A stretch of 49,550 nt of DNA from an uncultured Rhodobacterales bacterium (lineage in GTDB: Bacteria; Pseudomonadota; Alphaproteobacteria; Rhodobacterales; Rhodobacteraceae): positions 1-49,550 of the forward strand of contig CAZPXE010000001.1 in the NCBI GenBank assembly GCA_964590545.1, in the 5' to 3' direction. A program made the position numbers and the translations under genes. Shown in pieces: positions 19,311-28,655 of this stretch. Position 1 is the first letter of the stretch. Each line of letters starts with the position of its first letter. The notes below the pieces were generated by a model that worked only from the letters and a program-made list of their open reading frames with translations, ran no database searches and was not told where the DNA came from.

Positions 19311-21022
19311 TGAGTGGTGTAGGGTTCAACGGCCTTGGAATCACAAAAAGCCAACGAAAAACACCCGTTCCAGCACCATTTTCTGTCAGCCTACAGGGGC
19401 TAACGAACGGTGTAGCTGAGAATGGGACAACGCTGACGTTCGAGACCACCGCAGGTACTTTTGAGGGTCAGCGCTGGCAAATGACGTCGACAAATAACGC
19501 GTGGTTCGACATTGCCGGGGCAGCCGCCGTAACTGAAGCTGTGGATCTGGTGGGCGGGCGGCACCAAGATGGCGCCTTGATCCGCGTCGGTGTGACCTCT
19601 GGGGGTATCGAAGTTTTTTCCGGCCCTGCGCCGCTTGTCTATGCAGGACCTACAGTGCTTGTGCCGACGGCGGATATCATCCTGAACATTGCGTCCGGGA
19701 TCGGTTACTACGATGCATCTATCGCCTTCACAGGTGACGATCTGACGTTCGAACTCGAGACGATGCAAGGCGTTAGTATCACGTCAGAAGCCGGAATGAT
19801 CAGCTTTGATACCGATCAATTAGAACTGCAAACCAGTACCGCCCTACACGTGACCGCGCGCAATTCTGGTGGGTTCGAAACAATGGCCCTGTCTCTGACC
19901 ATTGCAGAAGCGAGTGACTTCACCGTGTCCGCAATAGACAGTGAGCCACTGATTACCATCGCTGAAGGCGCGCTTAGTATTCAGATTGGCAACGGGCCTT
20001 TTGTGGGCACCTATGATGAACGCGTCACAGACCAAGCCAACCTGACAGCCGCAATGATAGAGGCGGGTGCGACACCATTGGTCCTGCCCACGATCAGTGG
20101 CGCTCTGGAGCTTGGCAGCGTGCTCGCGTCTACGCCCGGACTTTGGCTCTATGCAGGTATGCATCCTGGCGCGCCAAGCTATCAATGGTTCCGTGACGGC
20201 GTCGCAATCACGGGCGCGACGGGATCATCACACCTCATTCTCACCGATGACCAAGACGCTGACCTCACCGTTCGAGAAACATTCGGCGGAGTAGCACTAG
20301 AGAGCGCAACAGTGTCTATCCCAGCTGGATCGCCCTTCATCCCGTCTGATCTGACGTCCTATACGGACGACTTCGATGCAGCCGCGCCGGGCGCACTTGA
20401 ACTTATTGGTGACAAGATTAGCGCTTGGGAAAACCAAGGTGCCGGATCGAACAGATTTGACATGTCAAACGACTCGTTGCGTCCAAGTGTTTTGGCCGGA
20501 GAGCTGAATGGTCTGGATGTCGTGCGCTTTGAGCAGAACGCTTACTTACTGAGCACCAACTCTCCGGCTTTTGGTGATGACGGCACGCTAATGATTGTGT
20601 TTCGCGCCAACGCTGTCACCAGCGCGTTCCAAAGCCTGTTTGCAAGTACCGGCGGCACACATACGTTCCAGATCGACAGCGGCGACACAACCGGTGGCGC
20701 ATTCTTTGGCCGGATCAACAGCACCGCCCATACGACACTAACCAACCCGAATTCGACGCAAAATGACTGGGTAATCTTCGTGTACCGCTTCGACAGTTCA
20801 ACGGGCTTCGCAAGCCTTTGGGTGGACGGCACGAAGGTCGATGAAGCATCCGACTACTCAAGTTACGGCACCCCAACCCGGCTGGTCATGGGGACCAGTC
20901 GCAACCTTGGCGCCCCACTACAGCACGACGCGGCACAGATTTGGCGGTTCGATGCGGCGCTGTCTGATGCCGAGCTGATGCAGATGTTCACCTATGCTCA
21001 GACTCGTTGGGGGATTTCCTGA
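19310..21022 (+). CDS. Putative GTA head-fibre protein (position of GhsB/Rcc01080): Gly/hydrophobic N-terminal peptide, Ig-like repeats, C-terminal LamG/ConA-like domain
   Basis: TAATG overlap with ghsA; starts MSGVGFNGLGI; PTISG..GSVL..TPG.W..YQWFRDGVAITGAT Ig-type repeat; WENQG..RPS..LNGLDVVRF..LWVDG..RFDAALSDAE LamG-like; no signal peptide. Confidence 0.65.
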   Translation: MSGVGFNGLGITKSQRKTPVPAPFSVSLQGLTNGVAENGTTLTFETTAGTFEGQRWQMTSTNNAWFDIAGAAAVTEAVDLVGGRHQDGALIRVGVTSGGIEVFSGPAPLVYAGPTVLVPTADIILNIASGIGYYDASIAFTGDDLTFELETMQGVSITSEAGMISFDTDQLELQTSTALHVTARNSGGFETMALSLTIAEASDFTVSAIDSEPLITIAEGALSIQIGNGPFVGTYDERVTDQANLTAAMIEAGATPLVLPTISGALELGSVLASTPGLWLYAGMHPGAPSYQWFRDGVAITGATGSSHLILTDDQDADLTVRETFGGVALESATVSIPAGSPFIPSDLTSYTDDFDAAAPGALELIGDKISAWENQGAGSNRFDMSNDSLRPSVLAGELNGLDVVRFEQNAYLLSTNSPAFGDDGTLMIVFRANAVTSAFQSLFASTGGTHTFQIDSGDTTGGAFFGRINSTAHTTLTNPNSTQNDWVIFVYRFDSSTGFASLWVDGTKVDEASDYSSYGTPTRLVMGTSRNLGAPLQHDAAQIWRFDAALSDAELMQMFTYAQTRWGIS

Positions 21023-24000
21023 TGGCACAGATCAGAATTCAGGGACCCGCGATAGGATCAGACCTTGGCACCGTTTCCGTTACGACGGGGAATGACACCG
21101 CCAGCGTCAGCATTCCCGCCTTTGCTGCGGCACCCGTCATGCGGTTGCCGCTGATTGCAGGCCCACAGGCAGAGGGTGACATCGCAGCGCTGGATACATC
21201 ACGATTGAGCAATGTGACCTCGATCCAGTGGCGCGTGCGCGGCGGTGCGGACCTAGGGGTGGCGACCACGCAAGACCTAACCGGCCTTGGTGGAGACTTT
21301 GTTGAGGCTGTCACGGTGAGCGACGAAGGCACGCTCACATCCCCGCCAGTGCTGGTTCACACGCTCATGATGATGAACGGCATGCCGATGGTTGGCCACA
21401 ACCGTGATGATGCTGCCGTGGTCGCTTTAGCGTCACATGACAAGATGAACCGCGTCGCCACACAAAATGGCAACTGGTCCGACCCTGCGACATGGACCGC
21501 TGGGGCCATCCCCAGAAACGACGATAGTGTGTTGATCCCGAATGGCGTTGTCGTGACCTACGATGTTGACGCGCCGGAGACCCTGATCAGACGTTTGCGT
21601 GTCGATGGCACGTTCCGGCTGGCGACAGATCGCAATACGCACCTGTATGTCCGTGACGTCATTGGCGACCGCATGTCCAGGATTGCATTTGGGAACAGCC
21701 TGACCGATCGCATCAACCACAACAACCAAGCCACAATCACAATCGAGGGTCAGTCGTCCCTTGACCTAACCGAAGACCCACGGCTGTTCGGTCGGGGCAT
21801 CGTTACGCTTGGCCGGTTTGATACGTTTGGGGCAGAAAAACTGAACCACAGCCTTGCCGCCTTCGGTCAGGCTGCGGGCGACACGAGTATCGTTCTGGAA
21901 AAATTCCCGACAGGTTGGGGTATCGGCGATCAGATCATTATTGGTGGAACAGCAATCAAGCGAAACACGACGGTTGGCGAAGGTATTCCGGATGTGGCTG
22001 AAGACGAAATAGTCACGATCACGGCTATATCCGGCCAAACAGTCAACTTCACACCCGCCCTTGTAAACGACCACAACAACCAAAACACACGTGCGCCGGA
22101 AAATACCACTGTACGTCCGATGGTTCAGCTCAGGGCGCAAAGCCGCAACCTGATCGTGCAGTCCCAGACCCTGGCCCCGTCCAGCCAGCGTGGCCACATC
22201 ATGGTCATGCATATGCACTCACGCCAAGACGTGTGGGATATCGGTTTAATCGGCCTTGGCCGGACGGAAAAAGACAAGCGTATCGGGGCCATTGATACAG
22301 ACGGCACGTTCAAGACCTATGAACTCAATGGGACAAGTGGAGATTGGGAGATCGTCAATGTTGCGTTGACGCAGGACGCTAACCTGCGCGGTCGATACTC
22401 TTATCATTCGCACATGGTTGGGTATGGCCACGCCGAAGCCGGACGCCCAGTTCCCCAACTGGTCAACGTGACGGTTGAAGGCACACCAGGGTGGGCTGTT
22501 GCACACCACGATTGTGAGATGGATATACGTAGCTCATCCGCATTCCGGTTCTATGGGTGCGGCTTCATCGGCGAACAAGGCGGTGAGCTGGGCGTTTGGG
22601 ACGATCTGTCTGCTATGCAGGCCACAGCGCTAAATAGGACCCAAAGCACTCTCGATAACGCGCCCAAAGGGCACCAATCTGCATGGTTTGGATTAGGGGG
22701 CGACTATTTCAACGATGGCTATGGCTTTGGGTATCGCGGAAGATCTCTCAAGACGACACGCTGCATTGCGACATCTTGCTCTTGGGGACATGTCTTCTGG
22801 CACAGGTTCTTAAGCGACGGAAGCGATCAGAGCCTCTTTGATGTGACAGACCCGCCGCGTTCGCGAATAGATCTGCAAGAGTTGGGCTTGTTCAATAATA
22901 GCAATGCGCAAGAGCCGGAAAATTGGCCGGTGTCATCCTTCCCAATCATTCACTTTGCCGATTGCGGCGCGACGGCGTGCTTGAGTGGTACCTTTGTTAG
23001 TAAGGGCGATCCTCGCCAGCAACACGATTACAACGTCATCTGGAAGGGCTTTAAGGCCTGGGGCAGTTTGGATCGTGGTGTGATGATTGAATATGTCGCC
23101 ACCTATATTCTTGTAGATATTGAGGTTGTTGATGGTCCTTACGGTGGCAACGGAATTGATCTTGGCAATAACAATTATCAAATTGCTTTGGTTCGGCCCC
23201 GAACGGAGGGCTGTCAGTTCAACGGCATCCGCGTGTCTGGAAGCACTCTGTATCCTGACAACTCCGCAAACCCTGATGACTGGGACGCGGCAACAAACCC
23301 CCGTTTCTTCGTGATCGGTCACGACTCCGTAAATGACGGTCAGGACGTGAGATACACAAATCAAGGAGCCAAACCATTCGAGCAGATCGCCTACATCAAT
23401 GACGACTTTGACGCGACCTACATCGATTACGATCTGAACCCGACAGAAACATGGCCCGATGTCATCGGCACATGGAACGGCACTCTGGCCGATAGCAGCA
23501 TCACGAGTGGCCCTGACAATACCAACCTTAAGGGCGGCAACCATCCCGTCGGCTTACCCATTGCGCCGAAGACCTACGGCGACAGCCTGTTCCCGCAAGG
23601 GGCCTCTCCGATCCGGGTAAGATCATTCATCAATGAATACGGTTACTACCAATTCGGCGGCAGCGATGTCCTTGTTCAACGCGACATTATCTCGGACGTT
23701 CTGACGGGACGCCCGGCAAAGTTCACGGCCTTCTGGCAAGCCGACAACCCCATCGACTTTGGAACGGACAATGGTCCTGTTGTTATGGGCGCGGCGGTCA
23801 GTGCGAATGACATTCTGCTGACGGTTGCCCCTGGTGGGTCTGTGACGTTCGACGCTCTTGCTGGGGTCACCGGGGGCACGGGCACATTTGAGATTGATCC
23901 AGCTGACTTCACTGCGCCGGATTACGGTAAGTTCGATATTAACTACAGCACGGGGCAGGTGACCTTTACCGCGCGTCCAGGTGTCGAGGGCCAATCAGAC

Positions 24001-25050
24001 TTTGGATACCTGTTCATCCGGTCTGTACGAGAGACTGGGGCGACAGCCACGGAAACGCGAACCTATGGTACACGCCAGATCCGCGTCCTTATCACGTTTG
24101 ACGCGACACTAGCGGCGCCGGTTCATGGGTCGGACTTCACGTTCCAACCGAGCAGTGGGGCAACCACCTTTGCCGTCAACCTATTGCAGCCTCCGCAGTC
24201 AGGCGGGCGGCGTATTTTGGTAACGCAGTATTCGACCGATGGTGGCACCACGTGGCGCAGGCTTTGCAATGGTTGGCCGCGCACAACTGTTCCGGTGTCG
24301 GTTAAAAGTGATGGCACCACACTTGAGGCAGGTCTCCAAAACGTGCGCCTGCGCTATCTGACAGATCACGAATATGGCTATTCGCCTACAACTGCTGACA
24401 TTCCCGCCGTCGTGGGCCAGCCTGTGACGCTGATCTTCGGGCAAAGCAATGCTGGGTTTCTTGCAAATAACGACAGTATGCAAAACCAGATCGCTGGGTT
24501 GGGTGGTGACACCATCGAACTCGTGTCTGCTGTTGGGGGTGCTGGTGCAACGGGCATCGACGCTCCGTGGAACATTGTGGATGGGAACACCCAAGCAGGT
24601 GCGGCCTATGCGGACCTCTTGGTTGACGTAAACACCTACCTTACGGCCAACCCCCATGCGTTCATCGCCACTGGCGCGTGGATACATGGCGAGACCGATG
24701 CCCCGCTGGCCACGACGCGGGGCAACTATGAGCAGAACGTAACTGCCATTTTTGACGGTATTCGTGCGCAAGTTGGGGAGGATTTCCCGATTACAGTAAC
24801 GGGTATCTCGGATCTTCAGGGGTCTTGGACGGATTTTGCAACAGATCAAATGACAGGGTTCATGTTAGACCTAGCCGCTAACGTAACGAATGTCTCATTT
24901 ATGGATACCGAGGCAATCATCACCGCCAACGGCTTCGTAAAAGAAGATGTTTTGACAGATAATTTCCACTGGAACGGCATGTTCCTTGATCTCATGGCTG
25001 AGGGCATCATGGCCGAACCTGCAATCAGGGCGCGTTACGGCATCGTGTAA
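21022..25050 (+). CDS. G8 + beta-helix + Ig/FN3-like + C-terminal sialate O-acetylesterase (SASA) protein, putative capsule-processing spike component
   Basis: TGATG overlap with the previous gene; GNWSDPATW..IP..DDSVLIPNG (G8); GRYSYHSH; YSTDGGTTW; C-terminal FGQSNAG..WIHGETDA..DNFHW; no signal peptide. Confidence 0.75.
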   Translation: MAQIRIQGPAIGSDLGTVSVTTGNDTASVSIPAFAAAPVMRLPLIAGPQAEGDIAALDTSRLSNVTSIQWRVRGGADLGVATTQDLTGLGGDFVEAVTVSDEGTLTSPPVLVHTLMMMNGMPMVGHNRDDAAVVALASHDKMNRVATQNGNWSDPATWTAGAIPRNDDSVLIPNGVVVTYDVDAPETLIRRLRVDGTFRLATDRNTHLYVRDVIGDRMSRIAFGNSLTDRINHNNQATITIEGQSSLDLTEDPRLFGRGIVTLGRFDTFGAEKLNHSLAAFGQAAGDTSIVLEKFPTGWGIGDQIIIGGTAIKRNTTVGEGIPDVAEDEIVTITAISGQTVNFTPALVNDHNNQNTRAPENTTVRPMVQLRAQSRNLIVQSQTLAPSSQRGHIMVMHMHSRQDVWDIGLIGLGRTEKDKRIGAIDTDGTFKTYELNGTSGDWEIVNVALTQDANLRGRYSYHSHMVGYGHAEAGRPVPQLVNVTVEGTPGWAVAHHDCEMDIRSSSAFRFYGCGFIGEQGGELGVWDDLSAMQATALNRTQSTLDNAPKGHQSAWFGLGGDYFNDGYGFGYRGRSLKTTRCIATSCSWGHVFWHRFLSDGSDQSLFDVTDPPRSRIDLQELGLFNNSNAQEPENWPVSSFPIIHFADCGATACLSGTFVSKGDPRQQHDYNVIWKGFKAWGSLDRGVMIEYVATYILVDIEVVDGPYGGNGIDLGNNNYQIALVRPRTEGCQFNGIRVSGSTLYPDNSANPDDWDAATNPRFFVIGHDSVNDGQDVRYTNQGAKPFEQIAYINDDFDATYIDYDLNPTETWPDVIGTWNGTLADSSITSGPDNTNLKGGNHPVGLPIAPKTYGDSLFPQGASPIRVRSFINEYGYYQFGGSDVLVQRDIISDVLTGRPAKFTAFWQADNPIDFGTDNGPVVMGAAVSANDILLTVAPGGSVTFDALAGVTGGTGTFEIDPADFTAPDYGKFDINYSTGQVTFTARPGVEGQSDFGYLFIRSVRETGATATETRTYGTRQIRVLITFDATLAAPVHGSDFTFQPSSGATTFAVNLLQPPQSGGRRILVTQYSTDGGTTWRRLCNGWPRTTVPVSVKSDGTTLEAGLQNVRLRYLTDHEYGYSPTTADIPAVVGQPVTLIFGQSNAGFLANNDSMQNQIAGLGGDTIELVSAVGGAGATGIDAPWNIVDGNTQAGAAYADLLVDVNTYLTANPHAFIATGAWIHGETDAPLATTRGNYEQNVTAIFDGIRAQVGEDFPITVTGISDLQGSWTDFATDQMTGFMLDLAANVTNVSFMDTEAIITANGFVKEDVLTDNFHWNGMFLDLMAEGIMAEPAIRARYGIV

Positions 25051-25131
25051 GAGAGAAAATTGAACCCTCTGCGGTGGCTGGTGCAACAGATCGCAACCCC
25101 GCAAACCAAACCAACGGCCAGTGCCAGACGC

Positions 25132-26319
25132 TTAAAGGCCCACGACAAAGTCCAGTGTATCCTGCGCCACCTTCGCTGGATCAAAGTGTGAACGCAGCAG
25201 AGTATTTGCGGCGCGCGCCAAGGTTTGTGTCCTACCCGGATCAGCGCAAAGTTCGCCCAAAGCGACACTCATCGCAACCGGATCATCGGGGGGAACAAGA
25301 AGGGCGGTATCACCGTCGTTGAGAACTTCACCAGGCCCGCCGACATTTGTACTGACAATCGCTTGGCCCGCACCCATTGCTTCAAGCAATGTATAGTTGA
25401 GGTTTTCATACCGTGACGCGATCAAAGCAATCGCATGTGTCTGTCTCAGCGTCGCAATGGTATCGCGATCACAGCCCCCTTTGTAATCGATCCGCTTGCG
25501 CACGGCGTCGGGCAGATCGGCAAGTGCCGTTTCAATAGACTGCATAGATCCGTCAGATTGGCGCAGGCCACGGTCGGGTCCGACAAACGTCAGGTGGGCC
25601 TCGTGGTTTGTCTTGGCCAATTCGGCAAAGGCACGCAGAACGACGCCACCGCCTTTATGATTATCAAAGCGCCCGACAAAAAGAATGCGCGGCGCTGTTT
25701 CGTCAGAAACCGTGACAAGGTTTTCGTACGACTCAAACGTGTTGGGCAAAACGATACGGGGCACGCTGCCAACTGCGGCGGCTTGCTCAACCGCGTCCAA
25801 TACATTTTGCGAGGGCGACACCAACCCGGCAGCGGCCTCAAAAGCGCGTTTTTCGCGGGCCTCGCGCTGCTGGTCCAGCTCATTGGATGGCTTGGCTTCA
25901 ATGAGTTTCTGTACGGCAAACGGGCCATGAAGGGCGACGATCACCGGGATCGAGAGATGCTTTTGGGTGTATTGCGACCAACCGTGGGTCTCTTCCATCA
26001 TTAAGGCATCGATCCCATATTCCGTAACCGCATGTTTTGCTGCCTTGCCGATGGCACCCCCCAAATTACGATAGGGCACGTCCCGGTCACCCAGCTTTGC
26101 ACGTATGCGATCTAGCATGCTCCAAGGAAGGGAGGGGACGTCAACAACGGGAATACCGTCCGGAGTTGGCCCATCGATGTTGTTCGTCAAAATGACGGGT
26201 CGGGCCCCAATGGCCTTCAGGCCCATGGCAAGGTGAAAGACAGAGGTTGCAATCCCGTTGGGTGTGTTCTGCCCCGGCCAGCCCGGTGTGAGTAACCCCA
26301 GTCGCGGGTGCCTTGTCAT
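25132..26319 (-). CDS. Glycosyltransferase family 4
   Basis: NGIATS, ILFVGRFDNHKG, SRYENLNYTLLEAMGAG..VGGPGE. Start uncertain (26319; ORF open to 26391). Confidence 0.9.
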   Translation of the reverse strand: MTRHPRLGLLTPGWPGQNTPNGIATSVFHLAMGLKAIGARPVILTNNIDGPTPDGIPVVDVPSLPWSMLDRIRAKLGDRDVPYRNLGGAIGKAAKHAVTEYGIDALMMEETHGWSQYTQKHLSIPVIVALHGPFAVQKLIEAKPSNELDQQREAREKRAFEAAAGLVSPSQNVLDAVEQAAAVGSVPRIVLPNTFESYENLVTVSDETAPRILFVGRFDNHKGGGVVLRAFAELAKTNHEAHLTFVGPDRGLRQSDGSMQSIETALADLPDAVRKRIDYKGGCDRDTIATLRQTHAIALIASRYENLNYTLLEAMGAGQAIVSTNVGGPGEVLNDGDTALLVPPDDPVAMSVALGELCADPGRTQTLARAANTLLRSHFDPAKVAQDTLDFVVGL

Positions 26320-26458
26320 TTCAGCCTCTTCCAACATCGCAGAACTCCATACCGCGTCTCGTCCTCCAACAGAGTGGGGAGACGCACCCAAATCCTAAAG
26401 GTTGATGATCCGTCCCTGCACTGTCGTTCGCTGCTGTAAGGGAACGCACTCAGCGAGA

Positions 26459-27352
26459 TCAGGCCAGCTTGAGCTTGCGCAGGACTTTCTCGCCCGTCCC
26501 ATGCAACACTGGCGGGGTATACTTGCGCATGATCCGCAAGCGATCCTGCCCCTTCGTGTGCTGGTCCCCCGTCCCGGGCCGAACGCGAAACAGGGTCGAA
26601 TGCGCCACTTTGCTGTCGTCCCAGGTTGCAGTGTAATAATACAGCGCGATTGAAATGCGCGGCTGGCCATCAGGATGGTTGATGGGTTCGGGGTTGCCAT
26701 GCATGCTCGTGGATGACGTGCTGAAACAACACATCCGGTTCATGATCGGTGGGTAGCTTGCGACTTTCTTACCCATGTCATCGGTCCATATTTCAAACGA
26801 ACCGCCATACTCTTCTTTCCAGTCCGGGTTGAGATAGATCAGCACGTTCAGACGCCGTTCCAAGTTCATCTGCTTGTGATGATTGAAGTCAGCGTGGATC
26901 CCCAAATAACCCCCATTGTTGGTGCGGTGGATGCCGCCCCCTTTGAAATAGGGATCAGCGATAAGCCCATCTATCCCCGTCATCTCTTCTAGGAAGCGGA
27001 TGAAGGATTGAGAGTTCAGAGCGTTGAAAGCGAGCCGCGAATAGGCTGGCAAAATATCGGGGTTGTAAGACGCTTTCAGGTGCTCTTGAGCACTGGAATG
27101 CTCTGGCGGTTTTGCATCGATCGCCTGAGCCTCTTGAAGCAATTTTTCGGTGACGGACATCGGCAAGAAGTTGTCGACCCCGATATAGTGATACGGCTCG
27201 CCCGATTGGTATTGGGCCGCGTAACGCTTGCCCACTTCGGCCGCCTGATCGGGCGGAAGGTAAAGTGTTTCGGGGTCAATGGCATAGACCACCTCGGTGT
27301 CGTCGGTTCTCGGCTGAGCAATTGAGGCTGTGTTCATCAGGTGGCCGTCCAT
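26459..27352 (-). CDS. 2OG-Fe(II) oxygenase
   Basis: GGGIH..LGIHADFN (HxD), RRLNVLIYLN, SMHG, RISIALYYY. Confidence 0.9.
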   Translation of the reverse strand: MDGHLMNTASIAQPRTDDTEVVYAIDPETLYLPPDQAAEVGKRYAAQYQSGEPYHYIGVDNFLPMSVTEKLLQEAQAIDAKPPEHSSAQEHLKASYNPDILPAYSRLAFNALNSQSFIRFLEEMTGIDGLIADPYFKGGGIHRTNNGGYLGIHADFNHHKQMNLERRLNVLIYLNPDWKEEYGGSFEIWTDDMGKKVASYPPIMNRMCCFSTSSTSMHGNPEPINHPDGQPRISIALYYYTATWDDSKVAHSTLFRVRPGTGDQHTKGQDRLRIMRKYTPPVLHGTGEKVLRKLKLA

Positions 27353-27538
27353 TCAAAAGAATAAATTTATGATTTCTCAATGACCTTAGCCAAACGGCAT
27401 AACCAAAAAAAGGGACAATTTTAGCGCTTTGCCTGTGATCTCAGCGCCAAACGTGACAATCGCGAAGCATTCGCTGCATTGTTGCCCGAAATCTCCAAAT
27501 CGGTGCGCAACCGCGAGACACACTGTCCAACGGGCCTC

Positions 27539-28297
27539 TTAAGCCGAACCTGTGGACGCCCCTTCGAAGTCATAGCCAAAATAGGAAATATCGCGCGCAT
27601 AGGCCTTTGCGACCACATCAATCATCTGAGGGGTGTAGATTTCACGGTAATCAGATTTGCGCAGCGCGCTTGCGTTTCGGTGTTCCAGCGCGACATCCTT
27701 GCCAAGACGCTTGGCTATCAGATCAAAGTCCTCGTTCAACCGCTCAAACCGACCAACGAAATCGACACCAATGCCGCGTCCTGGAAGGCGCAAGAACAGG
27801 TGCTGTTCTTTTAGATGGATGAACGCGTTCAAATCACCGCGCGGCATAAATTCCATCACGAATGCTTCAAAACTGGAGTAGTTGAGAATGGACCCTGCGG
27901 CCTGTTGGCGATCGAAAACGCTGCGCTTGTCGTCTTGCAGATAGTAATAGGCCGAAACGAGGCGATCCCACGGGTTACGCACGAATGTGAACTTGTAAGC
28001 CCCATCAAACACAGCCTTTGGCAACGCGGTCCTATAATCGAGCAAGGTCATGTGGTCCCCCGTCCGAGACCCGTACAAAAGGTGGCCGACAGACGTACCC
28101 GCGACTTTGGGAACATGGACAAAAACGCTCTTTGTCTCTTTCAAGGGCACGAACGACACGTGGACGGTATCTGATGGCGGGGTCGTCAGCCAGCCTTCGA
28201 ACTCCGCTGCGCGCGTGGGCCGAACACGTTTATACAGCTGTTGCGCCGATCCATGAGGCAAATAGCTGCGCAACGTCTGAAATGCAGAAAAACCCAT
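27539..28297 (-). CDS. Sulfotransferase family 2 domain protein
   Basis: FVHVPKVAGTSV (5'-PSB), FTFVRNPWDRLVSAY (3'-PB), DFVGRFERL, DISYFGY. Start uncertain (ATG 28297; ORF open to 28627). Confidence 0.85.
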   Translation of the reverse strand: MGFSAFQTLRSYLPHGSAQQLYKRVRPTRAAEFEGWLTTPPSDTVHVSFVPLKETKSVFVHVPKVAGTSVGHLLYGSRTGDHMTLLDYRTALPKAVFDGAYKFTFVRNPWDRLVSAYYYLQDDKRSVFDRQQAAGSILNYSSFEAFVMEFMPRGDLNAFIHLKEQHLFLRLPGRGIGVDFVGRFERLNEDFDLIAKRLGKDVALEHRNASALRKSDYREIYTPQMIDVVAKAYARDISYFGYDFEGASTGSA

Positions 28298-28655
28298 GCC
28301 AAGCGCCTTTAGAAACCAACTTAAAAACCGACCAAGTCGGCCAACTTTGATCTTCTCTAAGTCAAACCATTCGGTATTTGCAACTGCATCAAACACATTG
28401 GATCCCACCCAAAGGTGCGCTTGAGCGAGGTTCCGTTCTTTAATGATCTGGTGCAAAGGTTTGTGCGGCGGGCGGTGGACCTCAGCCTTGAGGAGTAACG
28501 ATGGCGCTTCCAGGCCAGTTTCTCTCTTGAATAGATCGCGTTTCGCATGATGCGGCCCGTCGAAACAGGACCGCCAGATGGCATGGCCTTGTTCATGATA
28601 TCCAATTATAGAGAGCCTCTGGAACAACGGTTATAAATGCAGTGTGATTGGGTAA

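Noticed and set aside
19056-25050. Prophage remnant interpretation of the spike operon
   Set aside because: No integrase, terminase, portal, capsid, tail or lysis genes and no att repeats; genes are intact and coupled. An orphan GTA-accessory locus fits better, though use by a phage is not excluded.
28298-28627. 110-aa N-terminal extension of the sulfotransferase and the overlapping 82-aa ORF
   Set aside because: No recognisable domain; probably the divergent promoter region. Cannot be resolved without homolog alignment.
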